From assembly GCA_050182055.1 (NCBI GenBank), contig JBFXCP010000010.1, positions 42,773-106,772 of the forward strand: a stretch of DNA of 64,000 bases. The letters are read 5' to 3'. The translations under genes were made by a program, and so were the position numbers. Below are positions 47,415-59,060 of the stretch, one piece after another. A model generated the notes under the pieces. The model was not told the DNA's origin. It saw nothing but the letters and a program-made list of their open reading frames with translations, and did not search any database. Within the stretch, counting starts at the first letter, position 1. The number at the start of each line of letters is the position of its first letter. This stretch comes from Hyphomonadaceae bacterium (GTDB taxonomy: Bacteria > Pseudomonadota > Alphaproteobacteria > Caulobacterales > Aquidulcibacteraceae).

Positions 47415-48827
47415 ATGCGCGCACGCGATTGCAAGATTGTCGCCACGATGGGGCCCGCCAGCGATCCGCCCGAGCGGTTGGCGATGCTGATCCAATCCGG
47501 CGTCGACTGCTTCAGACTCAACTTCAGTCATGGCGCCCGCGAGGACCACGCGCGGCGGATGGCGGCGATCCGCGCTGCGGAGACGCAGGCCGGCGCCGCC
47601 GTTGGCGTGTTCGCCGACTTGCAAGGGCCGAAGATTCGGGTCGGGACCTTTGAAGGCGGGCAGATCACGCTCAAGTTCAACGACATCGTGACGCTGGAAG
47701 CGTCCGATGCGCCGGGCGAGGGCAAGCTGCTGCGGTTGCCGCATCCCGAACTCGTCAACGCACTCGAAGTGGGAGATGTTCTCAAGTTCGACGACGGCCG
47801 CTTGCAGGTGACGGTGATCGAGCGCGGCCGCACCCAGGTGAAGGCGCGGGTGGATTTTGGCGGCGTCTTGAAGAACCAGAAGGGCGTCAACGTGCCGACG
47901 CGCCGCATTCCGATCTCGGCGCTCACCGACAAGGACCGCGAAGATCTCGCCTTCGCGCTTGAGCTCGGCGTCGACTACGTGGCGCTCTCGTTCGTCCAGC
48001 ACGCCGAGGATGTGCGCGAGGCGCGGGCGCTCGTCGGCGAGCGCGCCGGCATCATCGCCAAAATCGAGAAGCCGTCTGCGCTGGCGGAAATCGACGCCAT
48101 CGTCGAAGCCGCCGACGCCGTGATGGTGGCGCGCGGCGACCTCGGCGTGGAGCTGCCGCCCGAACAGGTGCCGATCGCGCAGCGCAAGATTATTCGCACC
48201 GCGCGCGCCGCCGGCAAGCCGGTGATCGTGGCCACGCACATGCTGGAGAGTATGGTCGATGCGCCGACGCCGACGCGCGCCGAGGCAAGCGATGTGGCGA
48301 CGGCGGTATATCAGGGCGCAGACGCGGTGATGCTCTCCGCCGAGAGCGCCGTGGGGCGCCATCCGCAATCGGCGGTGGCGATCATGGATCGCATCATTCG
48401 CGCCGTCGAAAACGACAACGAATACTGGTCTTCGCTGCCGCGCGACATGACGCCGCCGCAGGCCACCACTGCCGACGCCATTGCGCTCTCGGCGCGCCAC
48501 ATCGCCGACACACTCGGCTGCGCCGCCATCGTTGCGTACACCGCGACCGGCTCGACGGCGTTGCGCGTGGCGCGTGAGCGCCCGCGCTGCGGCGTGATCG
48601 GGTTGACGCCGATCGTGGAGACCGCGCGGCGGCTTTCTTTGGTGTGGGGCGTCAAGTGCGTTGTAACCGAAGACGCCACCGACACCGAGGACATGATCGC
48701 CAAGGCGGACCGGACCGTGCGCGCGCTCGGCATTGCCGAGCCCGGCGACCGCGTCGCCGTCATCGCCGGCATTCCGTTCGGCCGCCCGGGCAAGACCAAT
48801 ACGATCCGCTTGTTCCGGCTGGAGTAA
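47415..48827 (+). CDS. pyk: pyruvate kinase
   Basis: KIVATMGPAS, FRLNFSHG, MVARGDLGVE and ATHMLESM motifs. 470 aa. Confidence 0.96.
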   Translation: MRARDCKIVATMGPASDPPERLAMLIQSGVDCFRLNFSHGAREDHARRMAAIRAAETQAGAAVGVFADLQGPKIRVGTFEGGQITLKFNDIVTLEASDAPGEGKLLRLPHPELVNALEVGDVLKFDDGRLQVTVIERGRTQVKARVDFGGVLKNQKGVNVPTRRIPISALTDKDREDLAFALELGVDYVALSFVQHAEDVREARALVGERAGIIAKIEKPSALAEIDAIVEAADAVMVARGDLGVELPPEQVPIAQRKIIRTARAAGKPVIVATHMLESMVDAPTPTRAEASDVATAVYQGADAVMLSAESAVGRHPQSAVAIMDRIIRAVENDNEYWSSLPRDMTPPQATTADAIALSARHIADTLGCAAIVAYTATGSTALRVARERPRCGVIGLTPIVETARRLSLVWGVKCVVTEDATDTEDMIAKADRTVRALGIAEPGDRVAVIAGIPFGRPGKTNTIRLFRLE

Positions 48828-48841
48828 GGCTGCGCGCCGCG

Positions 48842-49741
48842 TCAGCCGATGTACAGCGTGTTGATCAGGCAGTCGCCCAGCGCTTGTTTGGCGGCGCGAT
48901 ACTGCGCCGGCGTCAGACCGGTCAGTTGCTTGAAGTCCTTGGCGAAGTGCGCCTGATCGTGGAACTGGAGCATGACGTCGCGGTCCCCGGGATGGTCCCA
49001 TGGCTTGGGGTGGATGTGTCGTAGCGCCGCCTGCAGACGTGCGATGCGCAGCAAGTGCTTCGGCGACCAGCCGCTGGCGATGGACAGGCGCTTGTGCAGG
49101 CCGCGCGTGCTGACGCCGGTGTCGCGCGCGATCGCCTCGACGCTTCCCGTCACTTGGCCTTGCGCCATGGCGTCTGCAAGCAGCAGGTCGCGGTCATCGT
49201 AAATCCGGCGCGCCGACAGCGCCGAACGGAGCCAGTCCGCAATGAGAGCCGTTCGTGCGGCGAAGTCAGGCGCTTCGCGCAAGCGCGCGATCATGTCCGC
49301 ATCCGCGACGTTCAGGTCCTGGATGCAGACGCGCCGATCCACCAAGTCGCCGACCGGCGCCTGCGCCAACACCGCAGCGCCGAGATGGGTCAGCACCACG
49401 CAATACACATGCACGGGTCCCGCAACGCGCGCCTCCCAGACCGCGGCCGTCGGCCCCCACAGAGCAACCAGCGGGACTGGCGCGAAGGCGCCGCCGCCGT
49501 TGTGGCGGCGCAGTTCATAGTCGGCGCCGATGACAAACTGCAGGAGCGGGCTGGGATCGGGGAGCTCGATGGCGCCGCCCAGCTGGCCGGTGTCGCGCCG
49601 TTCGACGAAGGCCTGCACGAACGGCGTGAGGTCGTTCGGTACGGCGGCCTTCTCAAGTCCGACCGCCGGTGCGTGGAGTTTGCGCGCGCTCAATGGACTG
49701 TTCCGATTTCTACAATGCCCCGCCGGCCCGGCGCGATACAA
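48842..49741 (-). CDS. AraC-family transcriptional regulator
   Basis: C-terminal double HTH (IARDTGVSTRGLHKRL..., HFAKDFKQLTGLTPAQYR). N-terminal start is uncertain. Confidence 0.8.
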   Translation of the reverse strand: MYRAGPAGHCRNRNSPLSARKLHAPAVGLEKAAVPNDLTPFVQAFVERRDTGQLGGAIELPDPSPLLQFVIGADYELRRHNGGGAFAPVPLVALWGPTAAVWEARVAGPVHVYCVVLTHLGAAVLAQAPVGDLVDRRVCIQDLNVADADMIARLREAPDFAARTALIADWLRSALSARRIYDDRDLLLADAMAQGQVTGSVEAIARDTGVSTRGLHKRLSIASGWSPKHLLRIARLQAALRHIHPKPWDHPGDRDVMLQFHDQAHFAKDFKQLTGLTPAQYRAAKQALGDCLINTLYIG

Positions 49742-49769
49742 GACCGCTGCTCAACGAGGAGTGACCAGC

Positions 49770-50927
49770 ATGCGCGCTGCCGTGTTGACCGCCGTCCTGT
49801 TCGCCGCAGCGTGCGCGTCCGCGCCGCGAGGCGAGTTCCCGCCAGTGCCCAGCAGCAGCGCCATCGACGCCCAGGTGCGCACGCTCATGGCGCGCGAGGA
49901 TGTGAAAGGGATGGCGGTGGCCGTCATCGAGGACGGGGCGGTCGTGCATGTCGGCGCCTATGGGTATCGAAACGTCGCGGAGAATCTGCCGTTGCAGACC
50001 GACACGATCATGTACGGGGCGTCGCTCACGAAGGCCGCGTTCGCCTACATGGTCATGCAGTTGGTCGACGAGGGCCGCATCGACCTCGATCGCTCCATCG
50101 CCGAGTACCTGCCCCGGCCGTTGCCGGAGTATGAGGACTACGCAGACTTGGCGGGGGACGAGCGCTGGCGGCTCCTGACGCCGCGCATCATCCTCAACCA
50201 CCGCACCGGGCTCGCCAACATGCGCTGGCTCGAGGACGACCAGAAGCTGCGCTTTCATTGGACGCCAGGCGAGCGCTACGGCTACTCCAACGAAGGTTTC
50301 TGGGTGCTGCAGACCGTGCTGGAGCAGGGGCTCGGGCTCGATATCGGCACGGAGATGCAACGGCGCGTGTTCGATCGCTTCGGCATGACCCGCACGTCCA
50401 TGCAATGGCGCGACGACTTCGCCGGCAATCTCGCCGACGGCTATGCACTCGACGGCAGCTTCGAGCCGCATGACCGGCGCGATAATGTCGCCGCCGCGGG
50501 ATCGATGGATACGACGATCGCCGATCAGGCGCGCTTGTGGGCCGGCGTGGTGCGCGGCGAGGGCCTCTCGGCGGCGTCACGCGCTGAACTGGTCCGTCCC
50601 CAGTTCGGCATCGATTCCGCCGGCCAGTTTCCAACGCTCAGAACCGACACCGATCCGCGCGGCCCCGCCATCAATCTGGCGGCTGGCCTTGGGGTCATCA
50701 TCTTCGACGATCCGCAGGCTGGGCGCACGTGGTTCAAGGGCGGGCACAACGATTGGACCGGCAACCTGGTGATCTGCCAGGAAGCGCGCCGGCGTTGCGT
50801 TGTTTTCCTCGGCAATTCGGTGCGCGCCGAGCTGATCTACCCGGAGCTGGCGCACTTCATCCTCGGCGACATCGCGATGCCGTGGTGGTGGGGCGGCTGG
50901 TCCAGTTCGCCTCTGCGTGGCGGCTAG
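49770..50927 (+). CDS. serine hydrolase, beta-lactamase/PBP4*-like family, exported
   Basis: Signal MRAAVLTAVLFAAACAS. SxxK motif (GASLTKA) and YSN motif (YGYSNEGF). Confidence 0.85.
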   Translation: MRAAVLTAVLFAAACASAPRGEFPPVPSSSAIDAQVRTLMAREDVKGMAVAVIEDGAVVHVGAYGYRNVAENLPLQTDTIMYGASLTKAAFAYMVMQLVDEGRIDLDRSIAEYLPRPLPEYEDYADLAGDERWRLLTPRIILNHRTGLANMRWLEDDQKLRFHWTPGERYGYSNEGFWVLQTVLEQGLGLDIGTEMQRRVFDRFGMTRTSMQWRDDFAGNLADGYALDGSFEPHDRRDNVAAAGSMDTTIADQARLWAGVVRGEGLSAASRAELVRPQFGIDSAGQFPTLRTDTDPRGPAINLAAGLGVIIFDDPQAGRTWFKGGHNDWTGNLVICQEARRRCVVFLGNSVRAELIYPELAHFILGDIAMPWWWGGWSSSPLRGG

Positions 50928-50954
50928 CGCCGCCCGGGAACCGGTGCGGCGGCC

Positions 50955-52730
50955 TCAGGACTGCGCGTCCTCGCTGCGCGACATCTCCAGAATCTGGCGC
51001 ACCGTAGTGATGATTCCGCGCTCGCGGTCGTGCATTTCGCCGTCGGCTTCGGCGATTTTTTGCAGCATCTCCAGCAATGCCTCGATGCCCGCGGCCGAGA
51101 GATAGCGCGGCAGCCACTCGGTCATCTTGGTGAGCGCCGTCAGACCGTCCGGGTGGCGGCACATCTCGCGGAATTCGCGCTTGTCGAAACCGCCGATGCG
51201 GTTCGAAGCCTCGCGCTCGGCCACTTCCATCTCGCGTTCGTCGACGACGCCGTCGGCGATCACCATGTGGGCCAGGAAGCCGGTGAGGAAGCCGACGAAG
51301 ACCTCGTCGTCGGTGCGCTCCACCTTCGGCACGTCGCGCGGGCCGATGATGAGCTGGTGGTAGATCCCGGTGAGGATCTCCTCGACGTTTTCCTGGTTGT
51401 CGAGCGCCATGTGTGCGGGCCGGACGGCGAAGAAGCGTTCCATCACCCGCGCTTGCGAGGTGACGTCGACGATGTTGAGGCCGAGTTGCTCGAGCCGCTC
51501 TTGCGTCGTGGGGTGCGAGTCGGTCGGGTGGGGCGTATGTGCGTTCAGAGAGTACGCCACAAGCGGCGGCAGTTTGTCGGGGTCGACGTCGAGGCGCAGC
51601 TTGTCTTCGAAGTTCTCCGACATGTTGCGCCGGAAGCGGCCGCGCGAAATGTCGCCGACGGTGTCTTCCATTTCCTTGTGCCAGAGCATCGAGAGAATGC
51701 CGCATTTGATGAGCGCATAGCCCAGGTCGGTCGGCGTCGCAGCGCTCGCGCCGATGCCGTCGGCGCGCAGTTCGCGCGCGCGGCTGGCTTTGGCGGCGTT
51801 GTGATGGAAGCACGTCATCATGAAGCGCAGGAAGAGACGCGCGGGCATGAGCAGCGGATTGCGGTCGTGCGCCTTGTTTTCGTCGGCGACGTGCGAGGCT
51901 TCCTCGAGGCCGCGATAGATCGGCGCGAATTGGCGGCTATAGAGGGTGTCGCTCCCCGAGAAGTGCGCCAGTTCGTGACCGATGACGGCGCGCACCTCTT
52001 CCAGCGACAGCACCCGCATCAACGGCAGCGAGAGATAGAGCGTCTGCCCGGTCAGAGGCTGACGCAGCACAGGCAGGTGGATCGGCGCGGTGGTGGCGAA
52101 GAAGTTCGTGTCCAATCCGAGCACGATGTTGTCGGGATTGCGCGCGCCGGTGGCCTTGGCGATGTTCTGTACCATGAGCGCCAGGCGCGGCTGCTCGATC
52201 GGCGAGAGCGGGATACCGATCACGCCGCCCGCGGCGGGCCGGAACATCCGCATCGTCCGCCACAGGATCGACAGACCCAGCAGCGCGCCGATACCGCCAA
52301 GGATGAAGAGCACGAATGCGTGCGTTTGGCCAAGCCAGTGCGCTTCGGCGAAATAGGCGCCCCACGCCAGGATCGCGATCTGCGCCGTGACGATCACGGC
52401 GACCATCACCAGCCCGATGAACGAGAGTGCGGGAAACACGAAACTGAGCAGCACGCGATTGGAGCCGGTGAGGAAGCTTGCCAGCGCGAACGCGACAATG
52501 AGGCCAAGGCCGGCCGCGGCGGTCGCCGCGCAAAGAACGAGGAAGTAGTAGTGCATCTGCACGCCGGCGCACGCCGGCGCCAGCGTGAGAGAGAGCCCGT
52601 CGGGTTGGCAGCGGCCGGTCAGGTCGCCGATCGACACCCCGGTCGTCGAGACCGAAAGAATGTACAACACGAGGCCGGCGCCGAGCGCGGGAATGAAAAG
52701 GGCCGCGAGAACGGCGCGAAGCGTGGGCAT
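50955..52730 (-). CDS. polytopic M48-family Zn-metallopeptidase fused to a C-terminal TerB-like domain
   Basis: About 5 N-terminal TM spans. HELAH (VIGHELAHFSG) plus the downstream ELRADGIGA. The C-terminus carries two ADG-x-x-x-x-E TerB-type motifs (VIADGVVDEREM, AEADGEMHDRER). Start at ATG 52730. Confidence 0.75.
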   Translation of the reverse strand: MPTLRAVLAALFIPALGAGLVLYILSVSTTGVSIGDLTGRCQPDGLSLTLAPACAGVQMHYYFLVLCAATAAAGLGLIVAFALASFLTGSNRVLLSFVFPALSFIGLVMVAVIVTAQIAILAWGAYFAEAHWLGQTHAFVLFILGGIGALLGLSILWRTMRMFRPAAGGVIGIPLSPIEQPRLALMVQNIAKATGARNPDNIVLGLDTNFFATTAPIHLPVLRQPLTGQTLYLSLPLMRVLSLEEVRAVIGHELAHFSGSDTLYSRQFAPIYRGLEEASHVADENKAHDRNPLLMPARLFLRFMMTCFHHNAAKASRARELRADGIGASAATPTDLGYALIKCGILSMLWHKEMEDTVGDISRGRFRRNMSENFEDKLRLDVDPDKLPPLVAYSLNAHTPHPTDSHPTTQERLEQLGLNIVDVTSQARVMERFFAVRPAHMALDNQENVEEILTGIYHQLIIGPRDVPKVERTDDEVFVGFLTGFLAHMVIADGVVDEREMEVAEREASNRIGGFDKREFREMCRHPDGLTALTKMTEWLPRYLSAAGIEALLEMLQKIAEADGEMHDRERGIITTVRQILEMSRSEDAQS

Positions 52731-52961
52731 TTTGTCCCTCCCTGTCCGAACCGTAATCATGCAGGCGCCCCGGCGGCAAGCCCTTGCATGCGGTTGTTGG
52801 CGCCCGCAATCGCCTCGATCCGAGGACGCGCCATGGCGAAGGCGTGAAATTCCCGGCCGACGCGGCCGCAAGCCTCACCAACCCGGCGTCCTAAGCCACG
52901 AATGTGTTGCATGACGCCTACAGGTGGCTGCGCGCCAAACTGTCGGCAGTACGGTGCGCGC

Positions 52962-54053
52962 CTATTTGAACCGTATCGTGGGCGCGGCTTTCGCCAGGCG
53001 CGCCACATTCGCCAGCGCCGCTTGCGCGATTTCCACGAAGCGCACGCTCACCGGATGCTCCGGCGCGTGCGCCACCAGCGGCATTCCTGCATCGCAGCTT
53101 TCGCGCAGGCGCACGTCGATCGGGACTTCGCCCAGGAACGGCACGCCCGCCTGCGCCGCCGTGCGCTGCGCGCCGCTCTCGCCGAAAATGTAGACGCGCG
53201 GGGCGCCGTGCCCGGGATCGAAGTAGCTCATGTTCTCGATCACGCCGAGGATCGGCGCGTGCGTCTTCTCGAACATCGCAAGCCCGCGGCGTACGTCGGC
53301 CAGCGCCATTTCCTGCGGCGTCGAGACGATGACAGCGCCCGCGAGCGGCACGCGCTGCAGCAGCGTCAGCTGCACATCGCCAGTGCCCGGCGGCAGGTCC
53401 AGCAGCAGCACGTCGAGCGCGCCCCACGCGACTTCGTCGATCATCTGCCGCACGGCGCTGGTCGCCATCGCGCCGCGCCAGATCATTGGCGAGGCCGGAT
53501 CGACGAGATAGCCGATCGACATGGTCTTCAGGCCGTGCGCGTCGAGCGGTTCAAGGATCTTGTCGGGCCGCATCGCCGGTTTGCGGCCGGCGACGCCCAG
53601 CAAGGTCGGCGCGGAGGGGCCGTAGACATCGAGGTCGAGCAGCCCGGTCTTGTTCCCCAATGAGGCGAATGCGCAGGCGAGGTTGACCGCCACTGTCGAC
53701 TTGCCGACGCCGCCTTTGGCGCTGGCGACGGCGATCACGTGCTTCACCGCGCCGATGCCGGCGCCCTTCGACTCCTTCGCCGCCGCCGGCGCTTCGTGCG
53801 CCGTCAACACGGCGGTGACGCTTGTGACGCCCGGCGCCGTCTTCACCGAAGCCTCCGCGCGATCGCGCACCGCGACATAGTGTTCGGCGACGCCCGCGGG
53901 CGCTTCGATGGTGAACGAGACCTTGCCGCCGTCGCGCACCGCGAGCCCAGAAATGCGGCCAGACGTGAACAATCCCTTGCCGCTGATAGGGTCGGGGATC
54001 GCATCCAGTCGCGTTTCGAGCGCTTCGCGAGTGAGCGCCAACCGGTTGTTCAT
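52962..54053 (-). CDS. apbC: Fe-S cluster carrier ATPase Mrp/ApbC
   Basis: N-terminal DUF59-like domain, AVASAKGGVGKST deviant Walker A, CxxC-type region (ENMSYF...). Confidence 0.92.
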   Translation of the reverse strand: MNNRLALTREALETRLDAIPDPISGKGLFTSGRISGLAVRDGGKVSFTIEAPAGVAEHYVAVRDRAEASVKTAPGVTSVTAVLTAHEAPAAAKESKGAGIGAVKHVIAVASAKGGVGKSTVAVNLACAFASLGNKTGLLDLDVYGPSAPTLLGVAGRKPAMRPDKILEPLDAHGLKTMSIGYLVDPASPMIWRGAMATSAVRQMIDEVAWGALDVLLLDLPPGTGDVQLTLLQRVPLAGAVIVSTPQEMALADVRRGLAMFEKTHAPILGVIENMSYFDPGHGAPRVYIFGESGAQRTAAQAGVPFLGEVPIDVRLRESCDAGMPLVAHAPEHPVSVRFVEIAQAALANVARLAKAAPTIRFK

Positions 54054-54166
54054 GCTTGATCCCTTAGCACAGGAGCCACATATCGGCGCGCACAGGGGAG
54101 GGACAATCCCCAGTCGGCGCCCGGAAGCGGCGCGCGAACCCATCGAGGGCGGGGACAGAATTTCCA

Positions 54167-55276
54167 ATGCCTTGGAATGATCAATCGAGCGGCCCCGGCG
54201 GCGGTGGTCAAGGCCCATGGGGCGGCGGCCCGCGCAAGCCGTGGGGTCAACCGCCCCGCCAGCCGCAAGGTCCGCAAGGGCCCGACCTCGAAGACATCCT
54301 GCGCCAATTCCGCGAGCGGCTTGGGCTCGGTGGCGGCGCCGGCGGCGGCGGCCGTGGAACCGGCGGCGGGCGCGGCATCTCCGCGCCGTTGATCTTCGGC
54401 ATTCTCTTCTTCGGCTGGATCATGTCGGGCGTCTATACGGTCGATGAAGGCGAGCGCGGCGTCATCACGCGCTTCGGCGAGTACAGCCGCACGACGGGCC
54501 CCGGCATCCAGTTTCATCTCCCGTACCCGCTCGAAGCGCGTCAGGTGATCAACGTCACCGGGCAGCGCACGGTGGAAGTGGGCTACACAACCGACGGCAC
54601 CACGACCACGGACAATGCGGAAGAAAGCCTGATGATCACGGGCGACCGCAATATCGTCGAGGTGCACTTCCGCGTCGTCTACAACATCTCCGACGTCGTG
54701 CGCTTCGCGTTCCTCGTGCAGGATCCAACCGCCGCCGTCCGCGGCGTCGGCGAGAGCGCCATGCGCGAGGTCATCGGCACGCTTGAGCTCGAACCGATCA
54801 TCACCGGCGGCCGTGCGACGGTGGAAGAGCGCGTCGAACAGCTGATGCAGCAGATCTTGAACGAGTATCAGTCCGGCGTGCAGGTGCTGCAGGTCGAGCT
54901 GTTGCGTGCGCGTGCGCCGCAAGCTGTGATCGACGCCTTCAACGATGTGTTGAACGCCCAGCAAGACGCCGAGACCGCGGTCAACAACGCCAACCGCGAA
55001 ACGGCACAGATCGTCAACGCCGCGCAGGCCTACCGCGAGCGCGTGATCCGCGAGGCGACCGGCGAGGCGCAGCGTTTCCTCGCCGTCTACGAACAATACC
55101 GCCAGGCGCCGCAAGTGACGCGCGACCGGCTCTATCTGGAAACCATGGAACGCGTATACGCACGCGGCGATCTGATCATCCTCGATCAGCGCGGCGGCGC
55201 GGTTCCGTATCTGCCGCTGGACGGCATGCTGCGGCGCAACGGCCAGACGCCGACGCCGAGCCAGGGAGGACGCTGA
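54167..55276 (+). CDS. hflK: FtsH protease modulator HflK
   Basis: Gly/Pro-rich N-terminus MPWNDQSSGPGGGGQGPWGGGP, one TM, SPFH/band-7 domain. Confidence 0.92.
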   Translation: MPWNDQSSGPGGGGQGPWGGGPRKPWGQPPRQPQGPQGPDLEDILRQFRERLGLGGGAGGGGRGTGGGRGISAPLIFGILFFGWIMSGVYTVDEGERGVITRFGEYSRTTGPGIQFHLPYPLEARQVINVTGQRTVEVGYTTDGTTTTDNAEESLMITGDRNIVEVHFRVVYNISDVVRFAFLVQDPTAAVRGVGESAMREVIGTLELEPIITGGRATVEERVEQLMQQILNEYQSGVQVLQVELLRARAPQAVIDAFNDVLNAQQDAETAVNNANRETAQIVNAAQAYRERVIREATGEAQRFLAVYEQYRQAPQVTRDRLYLETMERVYARGDLIILDQRGGAVPYLPLDGMLRRNGQTPTPSQGGR

Positions 55277-56127
55277 TGCAACGCCCCGGCCTCATGTTCA
55301 TTATCGGCGCGGTCGTCGTTGCGATCGTGACCCTCCTCAACACGTTCTTCATCGTGCGGCAGGATCGCCAAGTCATCGTGCTCCGCTTTGGCGAGTACGT
55401 GCGCGTGATCAACGCCCCAGGCGCAGATGCGCCCGGTTTGCACTTCAAGATTCCGTTCGTCGATCAAGTGATCGAGTACAGCCGCCGCAACATGGGCCTG
55501 ACCCTGCGCGGCCAACTCTTCACCGCGTCCGACCAGGAACAGCTGACCGTCGACGCCATGGTCCGCTGGCGCATCCGCGATCCGCGCCTCTTCTATCAGG
55601 GCGCGCAAGCGATGGACGTGGGCGAATCCCGTCTCGAGACCTTCACCGAAGCCGCGGTGCGCCGCGCGCTGGGCTCCGCCAGCTCGAACGAGATCATCTC
55701 CGGCCGCCGCGCGGCGCTGATGCAGACGATCGAGCGTGACCTGAACGCCGCCGCCGCGTCCTCGCTTGGCGTCGAGGTGATCGACGTGCGCATCCGCCAA
55801 GTCGACTTCCCCGACACCACCCGCGAGCGGGTGTATGACCGCATGCGCTCCGAGCGCCAGCAGGTCGCCGGCCGCTTCCGCGCCGAAGGCGAACGCGACG
55901 CCGCCATCATCCTCGCCACCGCACGTCAGGAAGCGGCGCGCCTGGAGGGCGAGGGCGACGCCGAACGCGCCCGCATCTACGCCCGCGCCTACGGCCGCGA
56001 CGCGGAGTTCGCAGCGTTCTATCGCTCGATGCGCGCTTATGAGGTCGCGGTGGAGCAGGGCACGCCGATCGTCGTCCCGCCGGACAGCGACTTCTTCCGC
56101 TACATGCAGCGCCGCCGCGGACAATAG
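55276..56127 (+). CDS. hflC: FtsH protease modulator HflC
   Basis: TGATG junction with hflK. N-terminal TM plus SPFH domain. Confidence 0.92.
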   Translation: MQRPGLMFIIGAVVVAIVTLLNTFFIVRQDRQVIVLRFGEYVRVINAPGADAPGLHFKIPFVDQVIEYSRRNMGLTLRGQLFTASDQEQLTVDAMVRWRIRDPRLFYQGAQAMDVGESRLETFTEAAVRRALGSASSNEIISGRRAALMQTIERDLNAAAASSLGVEVIDVRIRQVDFPDTTRERVYDRMRSERQQVAGRFRAEGERDAAIILATARQEAARLEGEGDAERARIYARAYGRDAEFAAFYRSMRAYEVAVEQGTPIVVPPDSDFFRYMQRRRGQ

Positions 56128-56226
56128 CGCCGGCGCAGCCTGCCTTCGCCGGGCTTCGCTCAGAAAGGGCCTGGCGCGGCGCCGCCGCTGATTGCGCCTT
56201 TGGCGAACGCCGCTAGGTTCGCTCCT

Positions 56227-57632
<1,406 letters not shown>

Positions 57633-57636
<4 letters not shown>

Positions 57637-58277
57637 CGCAACAAGGAGCGCACGTCGCTCAGCGACTTGAGCACAAGCGCGCGGGCGCGCGTGTCTTCGG
57701 TCGGTTCGAGTAAATCCGGGATCATCGCCACCATGCAGCCTGCCGCGTGCGCCGACTGTACGCCGGCATACGAATCCTCCAGCGCCAGGACGTTCTCCGG
57801 AACGTGCCCGAGGGCCGCGACGGCGCGCTCGTAGGGTTCGGGGTGCGGCTTGCCGTTCTCGCAATCGAGCCGCGTCACCACGGCGCGGAAGCGTTGGCCG
57901 AGGCCATGCGCGGCGAAGTGGCGCTCCACCCAGGGGCGGCGCGACGAGGTCGCCAGCGCGAACGGCAGGCGCAAGCTCTCCAACTCGGCCATGAGGTCGA
58001 GCGCGCCGGGCTTCAGCGGCGCAGCGCGTTCGCCGATCTGCGCGCGTGTGAGAGCGATGAAGCGGTCGAGCGGGAAGTGCTCGCCGTAGTACCGCTTCAG
58101 TTGCACGTCGTTGGCTTCGCGGTGGAGGCCGACCAGCGCCAGAAACTGCGCTTCGGTCATGGTCACCCCGAGTTCCGCGCAGGCGGCGAAGTGCGCGTCG
58201 CGCACCAACGCTTCGCTGTCGATCAGCGTCCCGTCGAGATCGAATACGACCGCAAGCGGCCGGCGCGGCAGCTTCAA
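57633..58277 (-). CDS. HAD-family phosphatase (beta-phosphoglucomutase-like subfamily)
   Basis: AVVFDLDGTLIDSE motif I and ALEDSYAGVQSAHAAG motif III/IV. Confidence 0.8.
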
Positions 58278-59060
58278 TCAGGGCTCCAGATAATTCGAAC
58301 ACGCGGGCAGGGGTTGGTCCGGCGCGTATGCGCCGTCGGCGCCGCGCGCATAGGTCCGGCGATAGCTGCATGTTTCGTCGGCCGCCCAGACCAGGTCCGA
58401 CTCCGAAAGCGGCGTGCGCGCCAATGAGTCCGCGCTGCGCGTGACGCGGCCAGGGTAGCTGCCGGCCGCCGTTTCCAGCACAAGACGCGGCGCGCCGCTG
58501 GCGCCGCCTTCGCCCAGACTGATGCGCGTCACGAAGCTGTATTCGTCTTTGCACGCGCCCGCGCGCTGGGTTTCGTCGTCTGCATCGAAACAGGCGCGGA
58601 TTTCGGCGCGGCCGCCCAGCGGCAAGCGCGCAACCTCGCGCGCAGCGCCGCTGCGCACCTCGAACAGGATCAGCTGCTCTGCCGAGGCGCTGCCGCCGGA
58701 GTACATCTGTTGGTCGGTGGCGACGACGCCCACCAGCGCGCTCTCTGCGCCGGTCCGGACGATGAGATTCCAAGGCGCGTGCGTCGCTTCGGCGCCCGGC
58801 AGCGAGATCGCGCCGGCGCCGCGGATGACGCGAGGCGGTGTGTCGCCCTCCGTTTCCAGGCACCAGGCGCCGTCGCTTGTGCACCACCGCGCGCCGGATT
58901 GAGTCAGCGCCTCCATGCGGTTGCCGGCGTCGTCGGCGACCGGGAGCGTCACAGCCGCCAACGCAGGCGCCGCGTTTGCTTCGGCTTCCGCGCCATCCCG
59001 CGCGGGCGGCGGCGAACAGGCGCAGGCGATGGCAGCAGCGGCGACGATCCAGCGTTTCAT
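58278..59060 (-). CDS. exported or lipoprotein-like protein, unknown function
   Basis: MKRWIVAAAAIACACS signal. 260 aa, several Cys. Its start overlaps the serB stop by 4 nt and its stop abuts the HAD gene start. Confidence 0.55.
   Translation of the reverse strand: MKRWIVAAAAIACACSPPPARDGAEAEANAAPALAAVTLPVADDAGNRMEALTQSGARWCTSDGAWCLETEGDTPPRVIRGAGAISLPGAEATHAPWNLIVRTGAESALVGVVATDQQMYSGGSASAEQLILFEVRSGAAREVARLPLGGRAEIRACFDADDETQRAGACKDEYSFVTRISLGEGGASGAPRLVLETAAGSYPGRVTRSADSLARTPLSESDLVWAADETCSYRRTYARGADGAYAPDQPLPACSNYLEP

Noticed and set aside
47391-49001. 536-aa minus-strand ORF
   Set aside because: Antisense to pyruvate kinase. A shadow ORF.
51030-52847. 605-aa plus-strand ORF
   Set aside because: Antisense to the M48-TerB gene, which has a clear HExxH motif, TM helices and TerB motifs. 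The plus frame is Arg/Gly/His-rich with no motif.
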